Source of the DNA: Candidatus Omnitrophota bacterium
GTDB lineage: Bacteria > Omnitrophota > Gorgyraeia > Zapsychrales > Zapsychraceae
NCBI GenBank assembly: GCA_015233405.1
Contig: JADFXT010000007.1
Location: 64,390-128,389 of the forward strand
Direction of reading: 5' to 3'
Length of the DNA stretch: 64,000 nt
The translations under genes and the position numbers were made by a program. The notes under the pieces were generated by a model. The model was given only the letters and a program-made list of their open reading frames with translations. It had not been told where the DNA came from and did not search any database. Within the stretch, counting starts at the first letter, position 1. Every line of letters begins with the position of its first letter. Below are positions 16,096 through 25,804 of this stretch, piece after piece.

Positions 16096-17046
16096 ATGTT
16101 CAGAGAAAAAATCAAGGTGCTGGATTGTACAATTCGCGACGGCGGACTTATCAATAATCATCAATTTGATATCCGGTTCGTCCGGGAAGTCTATAAAGCG
16201 CTGTCCGAGGCTGGCGTGGATTATATGGAGATCGGCTATAAGAATTCCAAGAAGATGTTCTCCGCCCAGGAATATGGGTTGTGGAAATTTTGCGACGACG
16301 AAGATATTCACAAAGTCATTGATGGCATAGAGTCCAAGACAAAACTCTCCGTTATGATCGATGTGGATCGCGTGGCCCTAGAGGACATCAAGCCGCGTAA
16401 GCAAAGCCCTGTGAGCATGATCCGCACCGCTTGTTATGTCAAGGACGTGGACAAGGCGATCCACCTTGCCAATCATTGCGCGGAAAAAGGGTATGAGACG
16501 GCGGTCAATCTTATGGCCATCTCGCGGGCTTTGGACAATGAATTGACCGAGTGCCTGCATCAGTTGGAATCAGAGTGCAAATGCCAGGTTGTTTATATCG
16601 TCGACAGTAACGGTGCTCTTTATCAGGAAACAACGGAATTCCTCGTCAAGAAAGCCAAAGACATCGTCAAGTCCAAGGAGATCGGCATCCACGCGCATAA
16701 TAATCAGCAGCTGGCTTTCGGTAATTCCATTGAAGCCATCATCCACCACGCCAATTATGTCGACGCGACGGTCTACGGTCTTGGCCGTGCCGCGGGGAAC
16801 TGTCCGCTGGAATTGATGCTGGGATTCTTAAAAAATCCGAAATATGATATCCGGCCGATCCTTGACCTCATTTCCAAGGAATTCCTCTCGCTGCGGGAAA
16901 AGATGGAGTGGGGCTATATTATTCCTTACGCCATCGCCGGTATGCTCGACGAGCATCCGCGCGCTTCCATCGCGCTAAGGGAAAGCGATAAAAAGGACGA
17001 CTATCGGGAATTTTATGAAAGCCTCGTCGGAGAAGTCGAGGAGTAA
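16096..17046 (+). CDS. HMGL-like (pyruvate carboxyltransferase-domain) aldolase family protein
   Basis: 'VLDCTIRDGGLINNHQF', 'IGIHAHNNQQLAFGNSIEAI' and 'VDATVYGLGRAAGNCPLE' match the DRE-TIM metallolyase pattern. Confidence 0.65.
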   Translation: MFREKIKVLDCTIRDGGLINNHQFDIRFVREVYKALSEAGVDYMEIGYKNSKKMFSAQEYGLWKFCDDEDIHKVIDGIESKTKLSVMIDVDRVALEDIKPRKQSPVSMIRTACYVKDVDKAIHLANHCAEKGYETAVNLMAISRALDNELTECLHQLESECKCQVVYIVDSNGALYQETTEFLVKKAKDIVKSKEIGIHAHNNQQLAFGNSIEAIIHHANYVDATVYGLGRAAGNCPLELMLGFLKNPKYDIRPILDLISKEFLSLREKMEWGYIIPYAIAGMLDEHPRASIALRESDKKDDYREFYESLVGEVEE

Positions 17047-17057
17047 TAAAGTTTTTT

Positions 17058-17216
17058 TGTCATCCCCGAATGTTTAAGCCTGCCTGACGGTAGGCAGGTC
17101 GGGGAACCACAAAACAGAGTTGTCATTCCCGCGAAGGCGGGAATCCAGTAACGTTTTTAGATTCTGGATCCCCAATCATTTCTGGATATAAAATCGAGGA
17201 AGTTGAGGATGACAAG
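17058..17216. repeat. Palindromic dispersed repeat, locus 4 (composite)
   Basis: 'TGTCATCCCCGAA..GCCTGCCTGACGGTAGGCAGG..TCGGGGAACC', 'TGTCATTCCCGCGAAGGCGGGAATCCAG' (17121-17148), and a degenerate 'CTGGATCCCC...GAGGATGACAAG'. Confidence 0.8.
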
Positions 17217-17278
17217 CATATTAAAGATTTCGGAAATGACAGGTAAACATTCGTGTTGCCTGAATTGTGAGAGTATAA

Positions 17279-17926
17279 GTGGATATTAAGCAATTCCAAC
17301 AACTGCCGATCTTAGGCATCCTGCGCGGCATCGAAGAAAGCCATGTAGAGCCTTTGGTCGCCATAATTGAATCCGCCGGATTAAAAACCATTGAAATCAC
17401 CATGAATACCAAAGGCGCGCCGGCTTTGATCCGAAAAGCTGTTGCCATTTCTAAGGGCCGCTTGACTATTGGCGCTGGCACGGTGTTGGATATGGCAAGC
17501 CTACATGCGGCACTCGACGCTGGTGCGACTTTTATCGTCATGCCGGTCTTGGTTCCGGACGTCATGGCGTATTGCGTGAAACATAATATTCGTACATTTC
17601 CCGGCGCGTTTAGTCCGCAAGAAATCTTCACGGCCTGGCGCGCGGGTGCCACCATGGTCAAGGTCTTCCCGACGTCAGCCTTAAGCCCGGAATATTTTAG
17701 CGAGATCAAAGGGCCATTTGCCGACATAAAACTTTTGGCCTGCGGTGGCGTCACAGCCCAAAACATGAAATCTTATTTTGCCCACGGCGCAGATGCCGTC
17801 AGTTTCGGCGCCAGCGTGTTTAAGAAAGAATGGCTCGCTAAAAAAGATTTTTCCAGTATCGGTCTATCGATCAAGGAATTTCTCCAAGAATTCAGTCTAC
17901 TTAAAACGGGTTTTCCTAAAAAGTGA
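17279..17926 (+). CDS. eda: KDPG/KHG aldolase
   Basis: 'LPILGILRG', 'IEITMNT.GA', 'IGAGTVLD', 'GATFIVMP', 'FPGAFSPQEI' and 'GATMVKVFP'. GTG start. Confidence 0.8.
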   Translation: MDIKQFQQLPILGILRGIEESHVEPLVAIIESAGLKTIEITMNTKGAPALIRKAVAISKGRLTIGAGTVLDMASLHAALDAGATFIVMPVLVPDVMAYCVKHNIRTFPGAFSPQEIFTAWRAGATMVKVFPTSALSPEYFSEIKGPFADIKLLACGGVTAQNMKSYFAHGADAVSFGASVFKKEWLAKKDFSSIGLSIKEFLQEFSLLKTGFPKK

Positions 17927-17934
17927 GAATCTTC

Positions 17935-18849
17935 ATGAAGTTTCTATTGTTGATGGCCGTCTTTATTCTGTCGACGAGAATTGCCCGTGCCGAATTTAAA
18001 GTTATCGATCCTGCAGAATTTAACAAGATTGCTGACCCCGGTTCTTCGATCGAAACGATCGGGACCGGTTTCCTTTTTACCGAAGGCCCCGTCTGGATAA
18101 AAAGTGAGAATAGGCTTTTGTTTAGCGATATTGACCAGGAAAAAATATTTTCGTGGAGCAAAGAAAAAGGTGTCTCTGTTTATCGGGAAGAAAGTAACGG
18201 CGCTAACGGAAACTTTTTAGACAAGCAAGGCCGCCTTATCACCGCTGAACATCAATCGAGACAGTTAACATACGCAGATCCCGACGGCACCGTGAATGTG
18301 TTAGTCGGCACTTATGAAGGCAAAAGGTTTAATTCTCCCAATGACTTAACTGTTTCTTCGGACGGGAGCATTTGGTTTACAGACCCGGATTATGGGCTTC
18401 GAGGCCGAAAGAAAGAGTTATCAGGAAATTTTGTTTTTAAGCTGGATACGGCGGGAACTTTGGCCGTTGCCATAACAGAACTTTCAAAACCCAACGGTCT
18501 TTGTTTTTCACCGGATGAACAATATCTTTATGTCGCGGATTCCGACGGCAAGAATCACAATATTCATCGATACGCCATAAAGAACGGTTTGCTTTCTCCG
18601 GGAGAAGTGTTCTGCGTCATCGACAATAAAATCCCCGATGGTATCCGCTGTGACAACAAAGGCCGTCTTTATGTGGCCGCGGGTGACGGCATCCAGATAT
18701 TTTCCCCGGCAGGAAAATTGATAGGAAAAATTCTGACGGATTCGTGGCCGACCAATTTATGTTTTGGCGGGGAAGATGGACAAACCCTTTTTATCACCGC
18801 ACGGCAATCTGTTTATGCGATTCATTTAAAAGTTAAAGGAAACCAATAA
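17935..18849 (+). CDS. SMP-30/gluconolactonase/LRE-family protein, secreted
   Basis: Signal peptide, 'FTEGPVW', 'LLFSDI', 'NGNFLDKQGRLITAEH', 'NSPNDL' and 'IWFTDP'. An alternative GTG start at 17923 is possible. Confidence 0.75.
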   Translation: MKFLLLMAVFILSTRIARAEFKVIDPAEFNKIADPGSSIETIGTGFLFTEGPVWIKSENRLLFSDIDQEKIFSWSKEKGVSVYREESNGANGNFLDKQGRLITAEHQSRQLTYADPDGTVNVLVGTYEGKRFNSPNDLTVSSDGSIWFTDPDYGLRGRKKELSGNFVFKLDTAGTLAVAITELSKPNGLCFSPDEQYLYVADSDGKNHNIHRYAIKNGLLSPGEVFCVIDNKIPDGIRCDNKGRLYVAAGDGIQIFSPAGKLIGKILTDSWPTNLCFGGEDGQTLFITARQSVYAIHLKVKGNQ

Positions 18850-18888
18850 CTGTAATATTTTCCTTCTGTCGGTAAAAGATCCTCATCT

Positions 18889-19560
18889 ATGTTTGATCAC
18901 GCTCATATTTTTGTTATCAAAGAGAAAAAAGATATCAAAGCGGCTTTGATAAAGTTGACCGAGCTTCAAGGTTTTGAGCTGGTTACGTTGACGGCTGAGC
19001 AGAGTGTGTGGTTAAATAAAATCCATCATCCTCCGGACTCGTGGCTTTGGTTCAATCTTCCTGATACCCCTTGGAAAATGTATCGCGTCGGCGAGAAAGC
19101 GGACTTAGCCTACGTCGTTCCTTTACATCATGAGGCATTTATTGACAGCGATTTTCATGACGAGGCGGTTGCTTTATCGCGGGAATTAAATACGACTTTA
19201 TTTTACCTATGGGAAGAACATGCGACGGATGGTTTTGGAAAATATCAAAACGGCGTCAGAGAAAAAAACATCGCAGAGGATACTCATGGGCCGGGAACAG
19301 AAATTGATGGCAAAAAAGTAGCCTATTCTCCGGATCTTCTTAAAAAAACGTTAGAACAAGAAAAACTAACGGATATAGAGAAGCATTTTGAACAAGTCCA
19401 GGCAGGGATCTTATTTTTTCTTAAAAAAGGGCACTCGCAAGATTTGGACAGAATGATCAAGCACGCTGAGGAGCAGTGGCGGAAAAACACAATAAGTTTC
19501 TTTATAAAATTTGCAGTTTTCTTGGTGATTATTATTTTATTAATAAGAAGCTGTTCGTGA
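18889..19560 (+). CDS. Hypothetical protein with C-terminal membrane anchor
   Basis: ORF with no recognisable motif. The C-terminal 'FFIKFAVFLVIIILLI' looks like a TM segment. Confidence 0.4.
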   Translation: MFDHAHIFVIKEKKDIKAALIKLTELQGFELVTLTAEQSVWLNKIHHPPDSWLWFNLPDTPWKMYRVGEKADLAYVVPLHHEAFIDSDFHDEAVALSRELNTTLFYLWEEHATDGFGKYQNGVREKNIAEDTHGPGTEIDGKKVAYSPDLLKKTLEQEKLTDIEKHFEQVQAGILFFLKKGHSQDLDRMIKHAEEQWRKNTISFFIKFAVFLVIIILLIRSCS

Positions 19561-19692
19561 AGATAGTCTTTGAGATGGAAAATTCAGCCGTCCATTGTTT
19601 ATAAATTGAAATCCCACGTTTTAACCCCACCCGCCGGTCCTTGCCTTGTTTTTCTCTAATAATATTATATACTTCTACTACTAATAAAGCCT

Positions 19693-22600
19693 ATGTTAAC
19701 TCTAAAACGTGCTAAAAAATTTGGTTTATGCCAGCGATGGCTGTGCGGGATTATTGGTCTTACTTTTTTTATAACTACCATTTCCCCGACGCAGGCACTA
19801 GCCCAGACTGTGTTTCATTCACCAGCCTCAGGAGAACGTGTAACTTTTAGCCAGCCGTTTACCCCGCCATTAGTTCGAGGGCTTACGATCGATCCCAACA
19901 ATCCGCTTAAGTTTGATTTTATTATTGGCGTCGGAGATGAGGGCCTTTCCGAAGACGCATTTCAAAAGGAATCGATGAAACTGATTAAATATTTCCTTGC
20001 TGCGCTAACGGTCCCGGAAAATGATATGTGGGTCAACCTTTCGCCTTATGAGAAGGACAGAATTATCCCCGAGCATTTTGGAAAAACAAAAATGGGACAG
20101 GATTTATTAGCCCAGGATTATCTGCTTAAACAACTAACGGCAAGTTTTATGAACCCTCAAGAAAAATTAGGCGCAGAATTTTGGAGTCGCGTTCGCATCA
20201 AGGCCCAAGAATTGTTTGGAGCCACAGATATCCCGATGGATACGTTTAACAAGGTTTGGATTGTCCCGGATAAAGCCAGAGTTTATGTTAAAGGGCAAAC
20301 GATTTTTGTCGTCGAGAGTCATTTGAAGGTCATGCTGGAGGAGGAGTACCTCGCCATCAGCCATCAGCCTTCAGCGGTCAGCCAAAAGCTGAAAGTTGAA
20401 AGCCGACAGCTGAAAGCTATTCTCAAAGAAATCATCCTTCCCGCGATTGAACAAGAAGTCAATGAAGGCAAGAATTTTGCACTACTGCGCCAAATCCAGA
20501 ACTCGGCGATCTTGGCGGCTTGGTATAAGAAGAACTTAAAGCAGACATTGCTTGGCCAATCTTATGTGGACCAGAAAAAGACAAACGGGATCAATAGCGT
20601 CGATAAAGAAGCGGTCCGGAAAGTTTATCAGCAGTATCTCGATGCGTTTAAAAAAGGCGCCTGTAATTATATCAAAGAAGATTATGACCCCAAGACTCAA
20701 ACGGTCGTGCCTCGAAAATATTTCTCCGGCGGTATTGTTGAAAAAGTCATAGGGGTTCTCGACCAAGTCGTGATCGTAGAAGCCGAACAGCAGCTACGGC
20801 AAATTCATGAGCCGGTCAGAACAGTTGAAATCCGTTTGGGGTCTTTAGATCTTCCAACGACAAAAACTTCCGTACCCGATTGGAGAGGGTATGGCGCCAA
20901 CATGGGATTTGCAGAAGAGGAATTGTTTGTTCCTGAAGTATTTCAAGGCCCATCATCCGCAGTGGACCACGCCATGCTGGCCACACCTCAAGACCAAAAA
21001 TCTAAGGATATCGAATACTTGCCGTCGTATAAACTTTTGCAAATGCCTCAAGATGAACTATCGGTCAAAAAATTTGAATCCTACAGAAAACAACTGACGG
21101 GTTTATTGAAACAAAAATTCCCTCAAGATCCGTTATATGCCAATCCTTTGACGCGCGAGCAATTTGAAACCTTGGTCGTGAAAAGCTCTTTATTGGAAAA
21201 ATTAGGAGACAAAAATCCTTTAGTCGATAGCGATGTCGTTTTTTATGCTGGAAGTTTTGACCCTTTTACCAAAGGCCATTTGGAGGTCGTTAAACAGGCC
21301 GCCCAAATTTATAAGAAAGTTTATATCGGCATGGGGATTAATCCAGATAAGAAATATCTTTTATCGACGGAGAAACGCAAAGAGCTCATCGAAGAATCTT
21401 TACAAAATGCCGGATTGACGAACTTTGAAGTTGTTGTTTATGAAGGAATGACGGTCAGGGAAGCGGCGAAGGTCGGCGCTGGGACGCTCATTCGGGGAAT
21501 TAGGAATATGGATGATTTAAAAGATGAAATTGTCCTCTCATGGGCGAATCAGATCCTTAATCCTCAAATCCGCACCGCTCTTATCACCACGCATCAATTT
21601 GAAGAAGTCAGTTCGTCTAAGGTCAAGGCGGACCTCAAAAACGGGAAAAATATTGCGACGCTGGTGACGGAGCCGGTATTGTGGGAGCTTTTAAGGCCTA
21701 AGATCGATAGCATCAAAAAAGACACAAAAATTATAGGTCTCGTCGGAGGAATAGGCTCGGGGAAGTCAACGGTCCTTCAAGAGCTGCAAAAAAGAAGTAA
21801 AACCCAGACCATTGATCTGGATAAAGTTGGCCATGTTGTTTTAAAAATGGAAAATGTCAGAAAAGATTTGGTAGAAAAATTTGGCGAGCAGATCTTAACG
21901 GATGGAGAGGTCGACCGGGTCAAATTAAGGGCGGTGACTTTTCAAAGCCCGCTTAATAAAAAGATCTTAGAACAGATCACGATCCCGCAAATCCTCTGGC
22001 AGGCGTATCAAAGGATTTTAGAGATCAAAGAAATGAATCCTGATGTCGAAACGATCGTCATTGAAGGCATCGGAATTGTTGACGCCAGCATGGAGCGCAT
22101 TATGGATGAGATTTGGTTCGTCGATGCGCCGGCAGAAGTCAGGATAGACCGGTCCTTAAAAGATCCGACGAGAAAAGCGTTAAATAGAGCCATGATGCAG
22201 CGCATTATTGAGGCTCAAAGGCCGATGCTAGAGCGCGCGAAAGCCAAAGCCACCGTCATGATTGATAATTCCACAGATCAAAATGGTTTGGCCGTTCAAA
22301 TCGAAAAGGCCATAGCTGTCGCCGGCCTTCGTCCAGAGTGGAATAAAATTATGCAAAGACTAGGTGTTGAGCCCCGAAAAAGTACGGCGTTATTTCAACA
22401 AGTTATTGAAAAATATTTTGAAAAACACAGGCATTATCATACGGTCATGCATGTCGCCGATATTCTTAGAATATTAGACAGCGTCAGAAATTCTGTTTCC
22501 ATCAAGGACGTGGATTCTCTGGAGTTGGCGATATTCTTTCACGATGTGATTTATAACGCTAAACATGAACAAGATGAAGATGAAAGCACGGCGTTTGCCG

Positions 22601-23223
22601 AGCAGAAATTGGGAGAGCTTGGTATAGACCATAAGGTGATCGAACGCGTGAAATATTTGATCCAATTGACCAAGACCCATCAGGTGGACCCAACAGATTC
22701 GGATGCCATCCTTTTTACGGATTTAGACTTAACGATCCTTGGACAGAGCCCCGAGGCCTTTGACCAATATGACCAGGGCATTTTGGAAGAATATCCGGGC
22801 GTGCCTGTGGAATTATATCGAGAAGTTCGAAAGAAGGTTTTAAAAAGATTCGATGATAAACAAATTTTCCGTAACGATGTGATTAGGGTGAGATACGAAA
22901 CCCAGGCCCATGAAAATTTAAAGAGGGCTATTAAACGATTAGGCGACCCCGCCATGGTCGCACAAGATAAGAGCTCCTTAAACGCAATCCCTGTTCAGGC
23001 GAGAAACGGCGGTATTGATTTAAATTCCAATGAAGCGACTTTAGAAGAACAGGGTGGTAAAATAAAATTTTTGGTCCCTACGGGTTCTTTCTTAGACGAG
23101 AATTTGAAGGTCAATGGTTTCGTCCCGGTCATTATTCATATTACGCCTCCTACAAGTTTACCGTTACTTCTTCAGGCTGTTCAGACAAATTCCTCTTTAG
23201 AATCTTTCCTGTCTGTCCGCTGA
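19693..23223 (+). CDS. Multidomain fusion: signal/anchor, unknown conserved N-domain, CoaD (PPAT), CoaE (dephospho-CoA kinase), HD phosphohydrolase, and a 'GGIDLN' C-terminal module
   Basis: The N-domain is paralogous to the ORF at 60163 ('VNLSPYEKDRIIP..DLLAQDYLLKQLTAS'). 'FYAGSFDPFTKGHLEVV' (~nt 21232) matches PPAT. 'IIGLVGGIGSGKSTV' (~21727) matches CoaE. 'YHTVMHV...FFHDVIYN' (~22432) matches an HD domain. 'NGGIDLNSNE...VPVIIHITP' is the C-terminus. Confidence 0.7.
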   Translation: MLTLKRAKKFGLCQRWLCGIIGLTFFITTISPTQALAQTVFHSPASGERVTFSQPFTPPLVRGLTIDPNNPLKFDFIIGVGDEGLSEDAFQKESMKLIKYFLAALTVPENDMWVNLSPYEKDRIIPEHFGKTKMGQDLLAQDYLLKQLTASFMNPQEKLGAEFWSRVRIKAQELFGATDIPMDTFNKVWIVPDKARVYVKGQTIFVVESHLKVMLEEEYLAISHQPSAVSQKLKVESRQLKAILKEIILPAIEQEVNEGKNFALLRQIQNSAILAAWYKKNLKQTLLGQSYVDQKKTNGINSVDKEAVRKVYQQYLDAFKKGACNYIKEDYDPKTQTVVPRKYFSGGIVEKVIGVLDQVVIVEAEQQLRQIHEPVRTVEIRLGSLDLPTTKTSVPDWRGYGANMGFAEEELFVPEVFQGPSSAVDHAMLATPQDQKSKDIEYLPSYKLLQMPQDELSVKKFESYRKQLTGLLKQKFPQDPLYANPLTREQFETLVVKSSLLEKLGDKNPLVDSDVVFYAGSFDPFTKGHLEVVKQAAQIYKKVYIGMGINPDKKYLLSTEKRKELIEESLQNAGLTNFEVVVYEGMTVREAAKVGAGTLIRGIRNMDDLKDEIVLSWANQILNPQIRTALITTHQFEEVSSSKVKADLKNGKNIATLVTEPVLWELLRPKIDSIKKDTKIIGLVGGIGSGKSTVLQELQKRSKTQTIDLDKVGHVVLKMENVRKDLVEKFGEQILTDGEVDRVKLRAVTFQSPLNKKILEQITIPQILWQAYQRILEIKEMNPDVETIVIEGIGIVDASMERIMDEIWFVDAPAEVRIDRSLKDPTRKALNRAMMQRIIEAQRPMLERAKAKATVMIDNSTDQNGLAVQIEKAIAVAGLRPEWNKIMQRLGVEPRKSTALFQQVIEKYFEKHRHYHTVMHVADILRILDSVRNSVSIKDVDSLELAIFFHDVIYNAKHEQDEDESTAFAEQKLGELGIDHKVIERVKYLIQLTKTHQVDPTDSDAILFTDLDLTILGQSPEAFDQYDQGILEEYPGVPVELYREVRKKVLKRFDDKQIFRNDVIRVRYETQAHENLKRAIKRLGDPAMVAQDKSSLNAIPVQARNGGIDLNSNEATLEEQGGKIKFLVPTGSFLDENLKVNGFVPVIIHITPPTSLPLLLQAVQTNSSLESFLSVR

Positions 23224-23309
23224 ATTCCTGTGGTCAGAAAAATAAGTTTGCGATATAATACCACCCAATTATTGGGACGCTGTTATAACAAATCATTCTG
23301 GAGGACCAT

Positions 23310-23963
23310 ATGATAAAAAAATGCTTAGTTGTCGGCTTAGCGGGAATGATGTGTTTTTGCAATTCCTTTGAAACCAGGGCCCAGGAACTTAAGCGAATTA
23401 TTTTACCGGCTGCGCAGACCGACGGAGGGAAACCTTTAATGCAGGCGCTTAAAAGCCGGCAAAGTGAGCGCGCCTTTAGTCCTAAGGATTTGTCGTTACA
23501 GGTTCTATCCGACCTGCTTTGGGCGGCTAACGGGATAAACCGGCCGGAGTCAGGACATAAGACCGCGCCATCGGCGATGAATTTACAAGAAATCGATATT
23601 TATATCGCCAAGGCTGATGGCCTTTATCTGTTTGATGCCAAGACTAGCTTGTTGATTCCTGTCTTGGGCGAAGATATCAGGGCCTTGACCGGCAAGCAGG
23701 ATTTTGTCAAAGACGCTCCGGTCAATCTTATTTATGTGGCGGATTTTTCCAAGATGGGGAAATTATCGACGGAAGACAAGAATTTTTATGCGGCAGCCGA
23801 CACCGGATTTATTAGCGAAAATGTTTATCTTTTTTGTGCCTCTGCCGGATTGTCGACGGTAGTCCGCGGCTATGTTGATAAACCGGCTCTGGCGACGGCC
23901 ATGAAACTTCGGCCTGACCAGAAAATCATTCTTGCACAAACCGTAGGTTATCCTAAATTATAA
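23310..23963 (+). CDS. Nitroreductase-family protein with signal peptide
   Basis: 'RQSERAFSPKDLSLQVLSDLLWAANGINR', 'KTAPSAMNLQEIDIYI' and 'GLYLFD'. Confidence 0.65.
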   Translation: MIKKCLVVGLAGMMCFCNSFETRAQELKRIILPAAQTDGGKPLMQALKSRQSERAFSPKDLSLQVLSDLLWAANGINRPESGHKTAPSAMNLQEIDIYIAKADGLYLFDAKTSLLIPVLGEDIRALTGKQDFVKDAPVNLIYVADFSKMGKLSTEDKNFYAAADTGFISENVYLFCASAGLSTVVRGYVDKPALATAMKLRPDQKIILAQTVGYPKL

Positions 23964-23965
23964 AT

Positions 23966-24121
23966 CTGTCATCCCCGCAATTTTTAGGCGGGGATCCAGA
24001 AGTTTCAAAAATATGGATTCCCGACCTGTCTGCCGACAGGCAGGCAAGAGATTTCGGGAATGACAGCAAGGGCAAAGATTTCGGGAATGACAGTTGAGGG
24101 TGAAGATCCCAGGAATGACAA
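23966..24121. repeat. Palindromic dispersed repeat, locus 5 (composite, 4 half-elements)
   Basis: 'CTGTCATCCCCGCAATTTTTAGGCGGGGATCCAG', 'GGATTCCCGACCTGTCTGCCGACAGGCAGG..TTTCGGGAATGACAG', 'TTTCGGGAATGACAG' and 'CCCAGGAATGACA'. Confidence 0.8.
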
Positions 24122-24209
24122 AATGATGTTTAAAATAAATTTTTCCGTCAATAGTCAGCAGTATGTTTCGACGATCATATGTTCCCTTAATGGTTAATCG
24201 AGGTCAATA

Positions 24210-25742
24210 TTGAAGAAATATCGGCTGCCTTTTCAGCTTTCCTTAAATGGTCCGCAGGTGTTTTTTGCTCTAGCGTGCCTGTCGATTATCATCAAGATTT
24301 CAGGAAAAATATTTGAGGCTGCAAAAACGTGCCAGAAAGCTGCTTTTGTCAATCCCGACTTGGTTGCGTCTTTCCTCGTCGTTTTATTGGTGAATGTGGT
24401 TCTTCTGATCCTTGCACGGCATTGGTCCAAAATCCTTCGAATCCCGATGTCATTTCTATTTTTGATCTTGCCATTTGCGTTTTATTTTCTTTTATTAATC
24501 AACAGTCTCCTTTTTTGTTGGAACGATCATTTCTTTTTATGGGGCGTATTTTTTTGCTTGCTGGCGTGGACATGGATTTCAAGGAATGATTCAACCCCAC
24601 AAGTTCGTCGGCTTAAAGAGGAGAGCTGGGGATATTGGTTCATCGGCCTTTTTATCCTTCAGGGATTTCTGCTATTTTTTAGCCAGAATTTTCGGACGGA
24701 TAGGCTTGCTTTTGCTGATGAAAATACGTTTTGGTATGTTGCCGCCAAAGCAATGTTGGACAAAGGTTTTTTGTCCGCTCACCAGATGAGTTATCCGGGC
24801 GGCGGGCTTCATCCGTTGGGCGTTCCTTTCTTAAACGCATTTCCAGGCATATTGGTTAATTTCTCCTCGCCGGCGATTCCGTTTTTTATGCCCATTTTCA
24901 TCCTGATTGGTTTCGCATTGGTTTTATCGGAATTCGTCCGTCCGCAATTAAGATGGGGATTGATTTTTTTTCTGGCCGTTTGGTTCGCATCCTTGAATAA
25001 CCGCTCCTGGGTTGGAAATTTGTTCTATTCCATGGTCTACGGAGAATCGGTCAGCATGGTTTTGGTTTTGAGTTTGCTCAATTGGCTAGTCCTCAGTAAA
25101 TCCGAATTGACGTGTCGCTTCTGGGGATTGTCAGGATTCTTGATAGGACTTTTGGCGCTCACAAAATTTCCTCTTATCCTTTTCTCCGTCGTATTTTTCA
25201 TCGCGTTTGTCATAGGAAATTGGCCTAAAATACAAAATCTCAAAAAATTATTAGTCATGATCGCGTGTTTTCTCGTCCCGTTTTTGGTTCTCAAGATGTT
25301 TCAAATGAAATTTGGCGGAACGGTCGCTTCTCTAGGAGGAGAAGGGACGCTCCTTGAACATCTATTTTCGCCTAATGGGGATATGCTTAAGAGAGTTGTT
25401 TCTAACATTGCCGTGGATGCCGGGAATTTAGGATATTACTTTTTTGTCGCCGCGCTTTTTTCTTTATTTTTCTATCAACAATTGTCTTATGGTTGGCCAA
25501 TCGTTGTGTGGGTCTTGTTTTTGGTCATCTATTATGCCTATTTTTATAGTTATGGCTTTATTGGCGGCGGTGATGCCGCAAGCGGTTTAAGATATTTTCT
25601 CCCCGCCGTCGCTGGTTTTTTTCTTCTGGGGGCTAATGGGTTTAGTAAATGGATAAATTGGATTGACCGACGAAAAAGTCGCTGGCTTCAGCTAGTTTTA
25701 TATTCTATTAGTCTGAGTATTATTTTTTATAAATTTTTCTAA
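24210..25742 (+). CDS. Polytopic membrane protein, possibly a GT-C (ArnT/PMT-like) glycosyltransferase
   Basis: About 12 or more hydrophobic segments over 510 aa. TTG start. No catalytic motif was verified. Confidence 0.35.
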   Translation: MKKYRLPFQLSLNGPQVFFALACLSIIIKISGKIFEAAKTCQKAAFVNPDLVASFLVVLLVNVVLLILARHWSKILRIPMSFLFLILPFAFYFLLLINSLLFCWNDHFFLWGVFFCLLAWTWISRNDSTPQVRRLKEESWGYWFIGLFILQGFLLFFSQNFRTDRLAFADENTFWYVAAKAMLDKGFLSAHQMSYPGGGLHPLGVPFLNAFPGILVNFSSPAIPFFMPIFILIGFALVLSEFVRPQLRWGLIFFLAVWFASLNNRSWVGNLFYSMVYGESVSMVLVLSLLNWLVLSKSELTCRFWGLSGFLIGLLALTKFPLILFSVVFFIAFVIGNWPKIQNLKKLLVMIACFLVPFLVLKMFQMKFGGTVASLGGEGTLLEHLFSPNGDMLKRVVSNIAVDAGNLGYYFFVAALFSLFFYQQLSYGWPIVVWVLFLVIYYAYFYSYGFIGGGDAASGLRYFLPAVAGFFLLGANGFSKWINWIDRRKSRWLQLVLYSISLSIIFYKFF

Positions 25743-25804
25743 TTAAAAAAAACTTTTTTGGAAGGCATGAGAAATTCTTGCTTTCTAAAGTTTTTATATA
25801 TAAA

